From positions 23,808,001-23,872,000 of the forward strand of contig OX597825.1 in assembly GCA_951406725.2 (NCBI GenBank): a stretch of 64,000 nt of DNA, written 5' to 3'. Source of the DNA: Octopus vulgaris. Lineage: Eukaryota. Of the stretch, positions 13,035 to 28,470 are shown one piece after another. The notes below the pieces were generated by a model, which was not told where the DNA came from, searched no databases, and saw only the letters and a list, made by a program, of their open reading frames with translations. Each line of letters begins with the position of its first letter. The stretch's first letter is position 1. The position numbers were made by a program, and so were the translations under genes.

Positions 13035-13785
13035 AAAATCTACATCAGTAAAACTAAACTTACTTAAAATTCACTATTTCAAAAACAACTTCACACACGT
13101 ATAAATCAACATCTGGAATTTTAATCAAAAACATTTGACCACATCCATACAACCATTCTCTCCCCCTTACATTGATGAATAGAAAAGAATTAAAAAAAAA
13201 AAGGTCCTGAAATATTATTATACTTTTTAGTGGAGAAAATAAAAGAAAACATCTTGTTTTCCCATTTAAAATGTTTGACCACTTGAATACGAAAATCCCC
13301 CCCCCAAGGTCACTAAGTGGAAAAAACAACATTCAAACCAGTCTGACCACACAGATACAAAAGCCACGCCTCCTTTATCTCTCCCTCCCTCTCAAAGTGT
13401 TTCTTCTTTCTTTTCCGTTCTTTCACAAGCCCCCAAAACACACTCCTACTTTCTTTTCTCTTCTCTGTCTTCACTCTCCCACTCTCACTTCCTCCCTCGC
13501 CCTTGCACCTTCCTTTCTAATTTGCTCCTTCCCTTCTCTCTCGCCCTTTCTAAAACATCATCAGTTTAAATTTTGTATAAAAGGGCGAAGCAAACTGATT
13601 ATAAACTAATTTTTCGATAAATCCGATAACGGAAGAAAGCGCTGAATCGCTAAGTTACAGGGACGTAAACATAGAAAGACCAGTTGTCAAGTGGAGCGGT
13701 GGATTTAACAAACACAGACACAAAGACACACATGCATAGATATATAATGTCTATATATCTATCTGTCTATCTGTCTATCTGTCTA

Positions 13786-13817
<32 letters not shown>

Positions 13818-13818
<1 letters not shown>

Positions 13819-14061
13819 GCGTAGGAATGGCTGTGTGGTAAGTAGCTTGCTTACCAACCACATGGTTCCGGGTCTAGTCCCACTGCGTGGCACCTTGGGC
13901 AAGTGTCTTCTACTAAAGCCCCGGGTCGACCAAAGCCTTGTGAGTGGATTTGGTAGACGGAAACTGAAAGAAACCCGTATATATATATACGACGGGTTTC
14001 TTTCAGTTTCCGTCTCCATGTGGTTCGTAAGCAAGCTACTTACCACACAGCCATTCCTACG

Positions 14062-14063
<2 letters not shown>
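13818..14063. mobile_element. SINE family A 5' half with a fold-back inverted copy of itself
   Basis: 13818-13866 is inverted at 14016-14063, with an inner 24-bp inverted repeat around the central (TA)n. Flanked by (TA)n. Confidence 0.9.
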
Positions 14064-14131
<68 letters not shown>

Positions 14132-14200
14132 CATATTTATATATATGTACATAAATATATTTATATCTGTATCTATACCTATTTATCTCTCTCTCTCTCT

Positions 14201-14304
<104 letters not shown>

Positions 14305-16162
14305 ATAACGTCACGCTAATGAAGCGCCTGAGTAGTGGCGGTCACAGACTTCACGCGTTAATTTATTCTGCAATATGAAACGGCGCTCTATTTTAGTCGT
14401 TCGAGCGCCAAAGGCCTATAACATCTTGGGAATAGTGTATGTAGCTATTTCATAGAAATACGCATCTATATTTTGGCAAATGTATTAGAGAATTTGCATA
14501 ATTGAATATCGATGAATCGGAAATCCATACGTTACTTTCGGAATTGATTTCACCTCTATGCGGAAACTTTTGTTTTTCATTGCGTTTCTGCTTTTCAGTT
14601 TTCTCCATGCTTCATATTAATTTTATTTTATTCAAAGCATTAATGCGTCCAGAAAATCCTGTTTTTATTTAGAATTTCAGCTTTGAAAACCGAGAAGCAT
14701 TGCAGAGTAACATTATAACAATGTTCAATGCTTAGAGTGATAATATATTCAGGCTGACAATCGAAGGTTCATGGGTTCGATTTGCATTAAGGCTGAGTCT
14801 TTGTTATTGCAATTGGATCCTGTACTTAACTTCATTCTTTAGACTGTGGCCGTTCTGGAGCACCAGTCTGACGAGTTGTAAATTAAGCAAATCGACGCTA
14901 ATACTTAAGTAAGGCAACATATGGGCCAACACTATCTGAAACATAAACTTATGTATAAATGTAGATCTATGCGCATATATGTGCGTGCGTGAGAGAGTAT
15001 GCGTGTGTGTGTGTATATGTGTGTGCGTGTGTATACATATACATATAATGTACTCCACAAAATGGGTCTCAGATTCTTTAGGTGTGAGACTTTGCCAAAT
15101 TGTGACTCTAAATCCACCAAACAGAAACTGTAAAAACCAATACTAATGTCTATGTTCTTCAACCTATCTACCTATCCATTTAATTGCTCTCACTGTCAGT
15201 TTCACTTCACTCCAACATACATTTATATGAAAGTCTTTTGTAATGCAACGAACGTATGTGTGAATACAAACGAGGCTGGTTGCAAGGACCTACAGAAAGT
15301 GAGAAAAGAAGAGGAAAGGAGAGCTAGTTAAATCCATTTGCACGCAAACAGCTCTAATGACGTAGTAAGTTATTCACATGTATAGCTTAGTGCTTTGCAT
15401 TATCTCAGTAAAGGTCCAAGTGTTCTGAATTCAATTACTTTGGCAATTGATTTCGATTTCGTTTTCCATCTAACCGTTGTCGATAAAAATAATTGCCAAT
15501 ATCATATTGATGTCCCAAATCTAAATAAAATAGTATAAAATGTATAAATAGTATAAAACGCACAAAATGCACACACACACACGCACACACATACAAACAC
15601 ACACTCGCATACAAATCTCAGACAAACATACATATACACACACGTATGCACATAGATGTACACGCAGACACATCTCTAACTTTAGATAAAGTGAATGCGT
15701 GTGTATCTCATGCCTTCCGGCGTCTTCCTTAGCATTTCCCATCAAATCTTTCCACTGAGAAGTACATTATTCTTGAATTTCTTATACAACAATGCTTTTA
15801 AGAAATGATTTTTCAAAAGTTCGAGTCTGAATATCAATATCACGTACTTTATCAAACAATCGATAAATCGCCAGCAAAGAAGAATGTAGAAAGAATACAT
15901 CTACTTGTCTACTGTTGCATTAAGTTTAAATTTTGACACAAATTCTCAAATTGTACGGAAGTTTGCAGACATTTTAATAAATTCTACTATATAATTGATA
16001 GTCGTTTTATCGATCCCTAGCGTTGAATGGCAAATGCTGTACATAAATACGATTGAGGATATACAGTAAAGCATTCAACTTGGAACTTTATAGATTCTGT
16101 TATTGACTGCGTAAATGGAATTAACTAATTGCTAGTTGTTACAAATGAATCTAAGGCAGCTT

Positions 16163-16330
16163 GCTTGAAGGATGGTTAGCGCATCGGAGAAAAGGCTCAC
16201 TGGTTCTTAACGTTCTGAGTTCAAATTCCACCAAGGTCAGCTTTGTCTTTCATCCTTTCGGAGTCAATAAAATAAGCACCAGTTTAGCATTTGTGGGGAG
16301 TGAGATGTGGAAGGTGTAATTGGCTAACTC
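16163..16330 (+). mobile_element. SINE family B, diverged
   Basis: Contains gttctgagttcaaattccaccaaggtcagctttgtctttcatcctttcgg. Confidence 0.8.
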
Positions 16331-16879
16331 TCTCCCATTGTAGATTTTTTTACTCGGGCTAACCTTCCAACTGAATTATTTTGACTTAAAGCACAATTCG
16401 AACCCACCATATTGCGATCGTGAGTCTAACCTCCCTTACGAACTAGTCCACACAATTTCTTATTACTATTATCATTGCATCTATCCTCATTTGTTACTGA
16501 TCCGCAATAGCACGGTATATTCATTATGAATCGTGTTATGTTTATCACTGATTGATTTATGACTAAACGGGTTGGTTAAACGTTCTGCTTCGGCCGCTAT
16601 CGACCAATCTGCTTTCGCTGCAAAAGCGCAGAGACCGTGCATTATGCTCAGGACAACTTATAGCCTCCGAAGGAAACTTACTTTTCTCATACGTTCCGTT
16701 ATTCATTTAATACTGATTCATTCAACAGTTTCTTTTAATTTTTTGAACTAAGTACCCATGATAAAGGAGGAAATATGTAATATTTCATCTGAGAGACTCT
16801 TTAACTACATTGGCAAAACCTGCTGTTACCCTGAAGGAATTAAAAATAGGATAATATATAATATATTCCTAAAATATCT

Positions 16880-17279
16880 TTTTTTGCTTGTTTCAGTCAT
16901 TTTACTGTTGCCATGCTGGAGCACCGCCTTTAGTCGAGCAAATCGACCCCAGGACTTATTTTTTGTAAACCTAGTACTTATTCTATCGGGCTCTTTCGCC
17001 GAACCGCTAAGTTACGGGGACGTAAACACCAGCATCGGTTGTTAACCGATGTTGGGGGGGGGGGGACAAGCACAGACACACAAACACACACACACACACA
17101 CACATATACATATATACGACAGGCTTCTTTCAGTTTCCGTCTACCAAATCCGCTCACAAGGCTTTGGTCGGCCCGAGGCTATAGCAGAGGACACTTGCCC
17201 AAGGTGCAACGCAGTGGGACTGATCCCGGAACCATGCAGTTGGTAAGCAAGCTACTTACCACACAGCCACTCCTACGCC
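16880..17279 (-). mobile_element. SINE family A, full length
   Basis: Complete head GGCGTAGGAGTGGCTGTGTGGTAAG through the 3' tail. Confidence 0.92.
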
Positions 17280-17848
17280 TAGCGATTTTACAATGATCAG
17301 TGACCAGAGTGTGAATATTTCAAAGATATTGAGTTTCCTCAACCTTAGTCAGGCTACGATTCTATAACTGGTGCGCAGTTATTAACATATTGAAGTCCGT
17401 ATGTTAGTGCTGTATACTGATTCTGTAAAAGAGAAGTTTTGAACAAATCAGTTTTGCGTCCAATCAAAATATTGTAATAGGTTTTGATAAATGTTATGAA
17501 AGAACAATTACAAGTATATGAAAGCATTTATGTATATTCTTATACAAATGTACACAAACATACATACGCACGTACACACGTGCATATGTATGTATATATG
17601 TCTGCTTATATGTATGTATGCATGTATGTATGTATGTATGTATGCATGCATGTATGTATGTATGTATGTATGTATGTATGTATGTGTGTATGTGTGTATA
17701 TATATATATGTGTGTGTGTGTGTATGTGTTTGTGAGTGAAATAGAAGGAGAGAGAGACGGGCAGAGGGAGAGATAGAGAGAGAGAGATACAGAGAAAGAC
17801 AGAGAGAAACAAAATGGAATTCATGTAACTATTTAAACGATATACAAG

Positions 17849-17891
<43 letters not shown>

Positions 17892-18080
17892 TTTGAGGGA
17901 ATATTAATCCTAACTTACAGGGAAAAAATTCAACTTAGAAATACTAAATCAAATTTCACACAATATAATATATATATATATCAAAATTAGAAAAAAAACA
18001 CCTTTTATCAATTCAAAATGAACAATTTAATTACACCATCTAGAAAATTACATATAATAGAAATATTATATGTTCCTGTG

Positions 18081-18523
<443 letters not shown>

Positions 18524-19673
18524 GTAATATTTAAATATATATATATATATGCACACACACACATGTGAACATACAGTTTACAGTTCCGTTATAGGTAGGA
18601 TCAACAAAAAAAGTATCCCTCAAATGTACTCCATGATGCTTTTAGATAGAATGGCAGATTTTTATAACGTGTCATCTATTTCCAAGCTATCGCTCAGTCT
18701 AACTTCATAACGTTGGATGTATTTAAAAAACCAGAGTACTGAACTATAAGAAAATATGAGAAAGAAACGAGGAGTAAGAAATGCGATGGTTGCTTTAAAA
18801 GGTGAAACTAGAAGAAGAAAGAAAAGTAAGAAGACCCAGATTTTCCTCCTCTTTGACTGTAGAAACCATATTTAATGTCGCTGGTAATGAATAATATAAT
18901 AGAAAGTGGGGCCAAAGTCTTTGAGGTAGCTCCTCAAACCGGAAGGAGTGGTGTCCTCCAGTTCGACGAAAGAAACCTGTTCGTGTGGTTGCATTTGCAA
19001 ACAATTTCGTATCTGGAATTAAGCAGTGTGGCTGATATAAAACTGTATGTACTTTTGAATGCGTGTGCGAGCGTCTGTGCGCGCGAGCGTGTGTGTGTGT
19101 GTGCATTACATACATAAATACATAGATATTACATACATAGATATTGCATACATAGGTACAACAACAGTTGCGCACGCAGACGCCGATATATATATCGACG
19201 TTAATTGGTCACTAATCCAAAGAAAGCTTATACGAAACACAACGACCAATGACTTGTATAACTCCAGTAACACAAACAGCTTAATCTACTGCACGTATTT
19301 ATAGTCCCATATAACCAAATAGACATAAATGACAGAACTGCATCAAAGCACACACACACACACATACGATACAAATATTAAGGCATCCCAACACATATAC
19401 ACACAAAACATTCCCAAGGGACTGGACTGCCGCCATTAACTTCCTGTGTACGTGTGCTAACATCAGATCTATGATAATAAAATCCTGTAAGAATTACAAA
19501 GAAACAGAGTAGAATACGCACATGTTCATGCATATGGTAAACGGTATAATTACGTGTAGTGTTAGAGTTAATCCAGAATCGAGCGGGTCTTGGCCATGTT
19601 GGGTCAGGACCTGCATGCTATATGTATGTATGTGTGCATATATGTATGTGTGTGTATGTATATCATCTGTTCG

Positions 19674-19757
<84 letters not shown>

Positions 19758-19910
19758 ACTGTTTGTCTTTGTGCCTATCTATGCATCTACCTTATGGCTA
19801 CAGTACGATAGTATCTGTTATTTTCAACATATAATAGTTTCCTGGAGAAATTATTATTATTAATATCATCATCATCATCATCATCATCACCACCACCACC
19901 ACCATCATCG

Positions 19911-19959
<49 letters not shown>

Positions 19960-20363
19960 TGTTATTATTATTGAACGAGAGAGCAATGCATACCATCAAA
20001 ATGACAATGGAGTGCTAATATACGAAGCCCAATATATCCATCATGACTACGCGTCTGATAAAGGTATACCAGGCACATGCATCATAACCATATATGCTCA
20101 AAATGGTGATCACTTCTCAAGATAAGCCGGGCATGACCTTGCAGGTGGAGCGCAATTAGAATTCTCTTCTGCATGAGCAGCCCATCCTACTAAAAATATC
20201 AATGAATAAGGGTTGTTTAAGGATGTTGAATGAAACACCCATGTTTCCAAACCCCAAAGAGATGCACATATCATCAGCCACTGGTTAATGTCAAAGTGAC
20301 AAGCAAATCTGTGGTATTGAGCACGATATTATCTGTAGGCCATCTTTTATACAAATACAAAAC

Positions 20364-20394
<31 letters not shown>

Positions 20395-21190
20395 CCACCT
20401 TCCTTTCTAGGTAAGTATAATCTTGCTACTCCTGTCCTTGGCTGGAGTCCTCCATTCATATTGAATTCCTTTCTAGCTTTGCAAATTCAGTTTTTTTCAG
20501 TCTACAAAAGCTGCTGAGTATCTAAGTAATGATATTGCCCAAATATTTACAGCCTTCACTAGATTCGGACCATTTAGCTTTGACTTCTTTAGCTTCCTTA
20601 CCCTTCTGATGTACTCCTCAATTTTCGTTTTCATTTCTATAGTTAGATTCTAATACTCTTAGATACTTATAACTCTCACCACCTTTGAATCATTTTAATA
20701 CCTCACCATTTGGTAATTGGATGCCGTCATTGTTGACCATCTGTCTCCATCTCATGACTAATATTGCACACTTATCTTTGCCAAATTCCATGCCTATATC
20801 TTTGCTGAAGAGTCTTGCTGTCTGTATTAAGAAATCTTTCATTGCTTCATTCTTACTAAAAAGCAAATGGTTAATTTTTTCCCTTACTATATCTGAACTG
20901 ATATCCTGCCTTTGCCTACCTAGATAATAAACCGAAGGGGATAAAAAATAAGACAAATATTAAAGGGGATAACGAGACCCCTTAGAAAATTCCTCTCTTG
21001 ATATTAACTTTCCTTAAGATTGTGTCACCTGAGTAAAGATCTACTTTCCAATTCTTCCTGCTAAATCTAATGTGGGATCATTATAATCTAGCTTTTACCA
21101 CATTTAGAACTGCTTTGTCTGTATATAACAGATAATACGTTCCTCTAGCCTTCTTCTTGCAACCTTTCTGTTCTTCTGGCGGTATATCAA
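20395..21190 (-). mobile_element. internally deleted R4/Dong-like reverse transcriptase remnant
   Basis: Reads PPEEQKGCKKKARGT..LL.DK; NIKRGIF*G.SLSPL; KINHLLF..; FSKDIGMEFGKDKCA; YKYL; RLYLPRKEGG. (TAA)n on both sides. Confidence 0.9.
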
Positions 21191-21191
21191 A

Positions 21192-21755
<564 letters not shown>

Positions 21756-23630
21756 GCGGTTATTGCTAATTTTTAAGTGTATAAAAATCTGAATGGTCCT
21801 ACGCATACAAGACCCAGGAGTTGCAACGGAACCTGATTTAAAATGATAATAAAATTAATAATCTTTATATTCAAAAAGACATTGGGTGAGGGAAAGATGG
21901 GTACTAAATAGTTTGATAGGGAGACCAATATATATATATATATGTGTGTATGTATGTTTGCATACATGTATATATATTATAAATATATAATATATATAAT
22001 ATATATATATGTATGTATATGTATGTATGTATACATATGTGTGTGGGGGGGGACATATATAAGCAATGACGTTGCTGGTTAATCTATTTACAATATATAA
22101 TGTGAAAGATTAAGTCATCTCTGTCATCCGTATTGCCCTTAATACATAAATTACTAAATTATCATAAATTATCTCCTATATATTCCTCCTGACATATATT
22201 TTATTGATTATTCATACCGCAGCGTATTTTCACCAAACAATATTTAATTCATGCAAATATCTTCTCATCCTTAATTTTCTTTGTTTTGTAATATTCTTTC
22301 GCTGATCAAATATACATATTAACAATATTCTGTAGACGATCTTCCATCTCTGTCTTGCCAAAGAATACCAGCAGAAATGTTTGAACTAATCTATGTGTAA
22401 GCTTGTTACTAGTAAATAAAATCGTTATCATTTTCATTTCTGTCATTAGTGTTGAATGATAATACTCTCTTGATAATACAGAAATAAAGCTGTCTTATAA
22501 TCTGTAAGTTGTTTGGTGTTTCGACTCTCCAACTATTGATATAGCTGTTTCTGTAGAATCTCTGGTTCCCTAGTTTTATCAGTAACGATAGAAGAGACTA
22601 TTGGTTCCTTCTCTTGCAAGATCTACTTTTTAACTGCTTGCTTTTGCTTTTTGTATAAGTAATTTCTACAGACATAGGAACTGGTTTAACTAATTATCCT
22701 CCACAAGGACGTTTCAAAACCCAATATCAGCAATCACAAAATTCTTCATTTAATTTTGGAAAGATCTTTTAGCAGAGATAAACACAATCAAATACTCTCT
22801 CTCTCTCTCTTTCTCTCTGTCTTTCTCTCTCTCTCTCTTCCTGTCTCTCTCTCTCTCTTTCTCTCTCTCTCTTCCTGTCTCCTCCTCCCCATCAGCCGTA
22901 GCGTCAACTGAAGTATTTGCAGGTAATTTTGTGATGAAATATGTTCGACCAATGAAAGGAGAAAGAACTATGCCAGGATTTGCGAAGTGCTTTGACAAAG
23001 TTTGGAAATGGATGTATGGATGTGTGGTTATGAAGCTTGCTTTTTAGGCACGTGGTTTCGGGTTCAGACCCATGGCTTCTTCGTTCTATCTACTATCAAA
23101 ACAACATGGCCTAGGTACATTCAGCTCATCAGTCTTCGATGTCATCATCCATTCCTATCACGCTACATATCTCTGCACTAACTGCTGCTCTTAATCCTTC
23201 ATGTCCAATACATCAACTTTCTGGAATTCCTCTCCCTTCTCCATACACGCATAAATATCCTCCATACATCATTTGCAGATATGTAAACGGATGATCAATA
23301 GTTCCTTCTCAACAGTGCAATTAATTCTTCATCATGTCATAAAGAAACAAAGCTACGTCATATCAGCATAACTGGAAGTCTATAAATACAGTTTTATGAT
23401 ATTTAGAGTGACAAACGAAGTTTATAACCGTTCAAACCTGGATGACGAGCGGAACCAATCAATAGAAGTTGACATTGGTTTAACAAAATGTAAATTAAGC
23501 ATATATTGAATCTGATCAGGCTCGCATCATTTACCGATACTCCCAACTACGATGTTTCATCACAAAATTTGCCTAAGTTCTCCAAGTTTAACTTGTATAG
23601 AGAAGTGCATTTAAAATAGAAACCCTATAT

Positions 23631-23862
23631 ATATTTATTTACTACCCACAAGGGGCTAAACACAGAGGGGACAAACAAGGACATACAAAGGGATTTAGTC
23701 GATTACATCGACCCCAGTGCGTAACTGGTACTTAATTTATTGACCCCGAAAGGATGAAAGGCAAAGTCGACCTCGGCGGAATTTGAACTCAGAACGTAAC
23801 GACAGACGAAATACGGCTACGCATTTCGCCCGGCGTGCTAACGTTTCTGCCAGCTCACCGCC
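23631..23862 (-). mobile_element. SINE family B, young full-length copy
   Basis: Near-identical to 32075-32304 and 43181-43412. Flank atagaaaccct is present on both sides. Confidence 0.92.
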
Positions 23863-23994
23863 TTATAGAAACCCTTATAGAAAGCTTTATAGAAACCCTA
23901 TATAATTTATAGAAACCCTTATAGAAAGCCTTATAGAAACCCTATATAATTTATAGAAACCCTTATAGAAAGCCTTATAGAAACCCTATATAAT
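23863..23994. repeat. 3 x 44-bp tandem repeat built from 12-bp subunits
   Basis: Unit ttatagaaaccc-ttatagaaagc(c/t)-ttatagaaaccc-tatataat starts at 23863, 23907 and 23951. Confidence 0.95.
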
Positions 23995-24103
23995 TTAATT
24001 TTAACACCAATGTTTACAGCTTCTTTTTGTGGACACTTTTAGCTAGTTTCCTCAGCATTAAAGAGGATTTAGTTAATGAAATAATTTCTTTATCTAAGAA
24101 TAA

Positions 24104-24613
24104 GTGAAGACGCATGGCTCAGAGGTTAGAGCGTCAAGCTTACGATCGTGAGGTTGTGAATTCGAATCCCGGACCAGGTTGCGTGTTGTGTTCTTGAGAA
24201 AATCACTTTATTTCACGTTGGTCCAGTTCACTCAGCTGTAGAAACGAGTTGCGACCTCACAGGTGCCAAGCTGTATCTGCTGTTGCCTTTCCCTTGGATA
24301 ACATTGGTGGCGTTGAGAGGGGAGGCCGGTATGCATGGGCGACTACTGGTCTTCCATAAACAACCTTGCCCGAACTTGTGCTTGGGAGGGTAACTTTCTA
24401 GATGCAATCCCATAGGTTAGTCATGACCGAAGGGGGTCTCAGCATATATATATATATATATATAGACCGGAGTAAACACATAAATGTGAAACAAGGTAAA
24501 AAGAGTACTCAAATACCAGTGGTAGAGTATATGCTTTATTTTAAGCAGCAGAAAAATCAACAAAATCTGTTACTCTGAGTTTCTCGTTGCCGTTCATCAG
24601 ACAGTTTTTGCTA

Positions 24614-24655
<42 letters not shown>

Positions 24656-24955
24656 GAGTGTATTTTTACCTTGTTAACAATTAACACGGAAAAAAAAAAT
24701 AAATAGTTACCAGGGCAGCAAAAATCTCACAAGTAAAGGTGTTGTAACTCCTTGTTTATAAAGGTAGAAACTTCGTGTTTACGTTGAATATTTTGAATAA
24801 TATGAATACAAAAATGGAGTTAACGCAGATGTAATCAAATATTTTTACTTTCGACACATGTTTCGAAAATTCCACTGATACTATTCAAAAGAATAAATGG
24901 TATAAACAATGCAATCTTCTCATCTAGGTGCATGACCGAAGGGGGTCTCAATCAA
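24104..24955 (+). mobile_element. SINE family D (tRNA head plus CORE-like domain) interrupted near its 3' end by a ~490-bp insertion
   Basis: 13-bp TSD tatctaagaataa at 24091-24103 and 24956-24968. Inner 20-bp duplication catgaccgaagggggtctca at 24422-24441 and 24931-24950. Confidence 0.88.
24562..24609 (-). ncRNA. minimal type I hammerhead ribozyme candidate
   Basis: Minus strand reads aaaaactgt-CTGATGA-aCG-gcaa-CGa-GAAA-CTC-a-GA-GTA-acagatttt. Stem I is ctgt/acag, the core is intact, stem III is near-palindromic and stem II is weak. Confidence 0.7.
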
Positions 24956-26224
24956 TATCTAAGAATAAATAGTTAAATACGTAGGCAACTTCCAAATGAT
25001 TACCCAATGTTAGCTCTACTCCAGTGTTGGCTATTTATTTGTATATTAGTATTGTTCCAGGCCTTATTCGGTAGCTTTTAAGTAATCTGAAGGAGATTAC
25101 ACGTCGATTTCAGCGTGAATAATACACTCGCTATCATGTGAATCCATAAAGTCTGTTAGAATATTTAACTCGGTTTATATTTGGACTTCAATCTATTCGG
25201 ATTAAAGACGATTACTATGAGGTCTTGTGATCTTTTATGAAATATATATACATAAACGTTGATGCAAGAACGCCATCCGAATTCAGATATTCTATTTTAA
25301 AAGTACATAAGATACAGAGTCCTCACAATTAGAAAGAGCAAGTATGAAAGGGTAAAACGAGCTTAAACCTTTAAAAAATCGGTCTGGACAAAAAAATGCA
25401 ATTGAGTACGCGAAACGCTATAGAACCACAAAAACGTATGATTTCATCATGGATTTTACAACTCACACTTGTGCTTTTCTTTGCATAATGTTAGAAGAGT
25501 TCTGACGGAGTTAATCATACCAATTTTGGCTCACCAGAGTTTATTTATGTATAGTTCTTCGCCATAGTTCCATATGACCTACCTGACTACCCATATAAAT
25601 TATATTACAAGGAACTATTTGTCCAGAAATTTTGGGGACAGTCGATATTCATCTTTTGAAGTGCATTTACATGATTAGGAGGTAGATTGATTCCATTTTC
25701 TTTGACAAACTGAACGTGTTACACGCCATGTGTTCTTTTGACGCACATTTTGAAAGCAGAGAGTTCCTATCCAATAGATATATGTATTTTATATCCGAAA
25801 TGCTTTAAATTAGACACATGCAGTGTCTAATGTACAGCTGTCCGAGATGCATAGCACTGTACATAAATATTACAATAAATATTAGGCTCAAGAAAATTAG
25901 TTTTCTAAATATTACTAAGAAGTGTTGGTCGTAGTGTGAAATGGCCGATAGGTCTACTTGAGCCATGATAATCCATGCTGTGAATGAAGTTCCATTAACT
26001 TTATGTCGTGACTGACCAGCCTGGAATACTGGTTTTATTCGCACTGTGAATTTCAAATAATTATAAATTTTATAGAAACATGAATATGATATATTTGAAT
26101 CTATAAAACGGAAAATTTTGGAATGTTACAAAGTCCAGGAGGAAGAGTAAGCGTTAATATCTGGATTCGTTGGAACTGTTTGTGCAGAATACACAAATAT
26201 ATGTATATTCTTTGCTACTATCCC

Positions 26225-26315
<91 letters not shown>

Positions 26316-26486
26316 GAATAGAAAGATAAAAAGTGCAGTTAAAAGGTTGGCCTAACTACACTTTTGTTCAAGGTTCGAGGTCACTTCATAATACTTGAGA
26401 AGCAACTTTTTCCATAGCATTTGATCGCTGGCTAGTGCTTTGTGAATGGAATTTAGTAAATGGAAAGGATGCAGAAATCCTTTGTC

Positions 26487-26518
<32 letters not shown>

Positions 26519-26606
26519 TGTATGTATGTATGTATATATGTATGTATGTACGCATGTGCATGTGTGTATGTAAGTATATCTATCTCTCAATCTATCTATT
26601 TGTCTG

Positions 26607-26717
<111 letters not shown>

Positions 26718-27896
26718 GTCTGTCTATCTATCTATCTATATAATATACATATCCTGCTTTTAACTGGTGTTGCGTTTGAGTTGTGCTCCTTCTTTATGTC
26801 TCGTAAATTAGCAGTTTAGTTAACAAATATACGACATAAAAAGTGGTTGAAATTTTTTATTGAGTGGTAGCTTGTTTTTTTATGGTTAGTTCGCCGCCCA
26901 GGTTTTCGTGCCCTGCTTGCAAACAGGGAACAAAGGAATAGGGGTAAAAAAAATTACAGAAAAGCGTTGTAATTACATCCGTTTCATGATAAGCAAATTG
27001 AGACTTCGAAAACTCCAGCAGTAAAGCAGAATACCAAGAAAAACAGCAAAAACAAAGAAAAACAGAAACAATAACAACACGAGTCGCAACAGCAATAGCA
27101 ACAACAACTACGGCAGCAACATACATAAAAAAACCAAGAGGAAGCAAAAGATCCGCCCAGCATTTTATGTATAAAACTCTAATAGAAAAACAAGAAACTA
27201 TTAATAAAAGTCAAATGTAAATCTGGTAGAAAGCAGACGTTCATATATACAAAATATCTGACATGAAGATTACAAGAAAGAAATAAGTAAATAAACACAT
27301 CATTTCTTTGTCTATAAATTTCTCGAATCAAAGAGAAATACATTTCTGCTATATTCTCATTCATGTCATTCCGCTTTACTGAACGAGATACGTGTATGTA
27401 ACACAATACTTACAAGGAACGAAATAAAATAAAAATATAAAATATGGCGGCTGTAATAATTGTATTTCCTTTATCGCCATCCTGTTATGTTGTTAGAAAG
27501 AGCGCAAAACTCACCACCGACATGTTATGTGTTATATTTGTTTGCATATGTGTTTGTGTATATTTTGACTTATGATATTCCCACAGATTTTACATTATAA
27601 AACCCCTGATAACATTGATTGTACGTATGTTTGATTGTGATTTTGCAAGGCATAATTACTCATTTAGTATTTAGCTTTTCGTTTCCATTTGTGACTTATC
27701 TGTAAGCTACAAAGTCTTTTATTTCAATTCTATTCAATTCCCAGTCAACATTGAATTGATAGACGGAGAACTGAAGTAAAATGAGGATAATACAATAGAA
27801 TACACTATATCTAAAGAGAAATGGATGGGCAGATAAATAGATAGATAGATAGATAGACAAATAGGTAGATAAATATATAGACAGATATATATATAG

Positions 27897-28056
<160 letters not shown>

Positions 28057-28268
28057 GGGGAGAGAGAGCGAGAGAGAGAGAGAGAGAGATAAGAGATAGA
28101 TAGCTAGGTAGTTGACAAAGACAGAATTAGAATAGAAAAAAGAAAATCATATACAAAGAAAGTAGGAATCACGATAAAAATGGTAACTTAATAGATTTCT
28201 GTCTAAGAAAACAAAAAGACAAAATAAAAGGGGAGAAAAATTACAATAAGCGTTCAAAGTGTGCGTGT

Positions 28269-28325
<57 letters not shown>

Positions 28326-28422
28326 GGGGAAATAAGGCACGTAGATTGAGACAGTTTAAATACAAAAATAAAAAATACAAACAGAAAATAAAAGTGGTCA
28401 GGAGAAAGAAACAGCAATCAAC

Positions 28423-28470
<48 letters not shown>

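Noticed and set aside
13545-13564. isolated CTGATGA heptamers (also near 12133, 20271, 38616, 50584 and 54430)
   Set aside because: They lack a properly placed GAAA or the three stems, and are expected by chance.
18875-19030. possible exon (ESGAKVFEVAPQTGRSGVLQFDERNLF)
   Set aside because: No recognisable homology and no convincing splice-site pair.
19975-20365. probable interspersed repeat between (ATT)n tracts
   Set aside because: Single copy in this window with no diagnostic termini, so it cannot be supported from the sequence alone.
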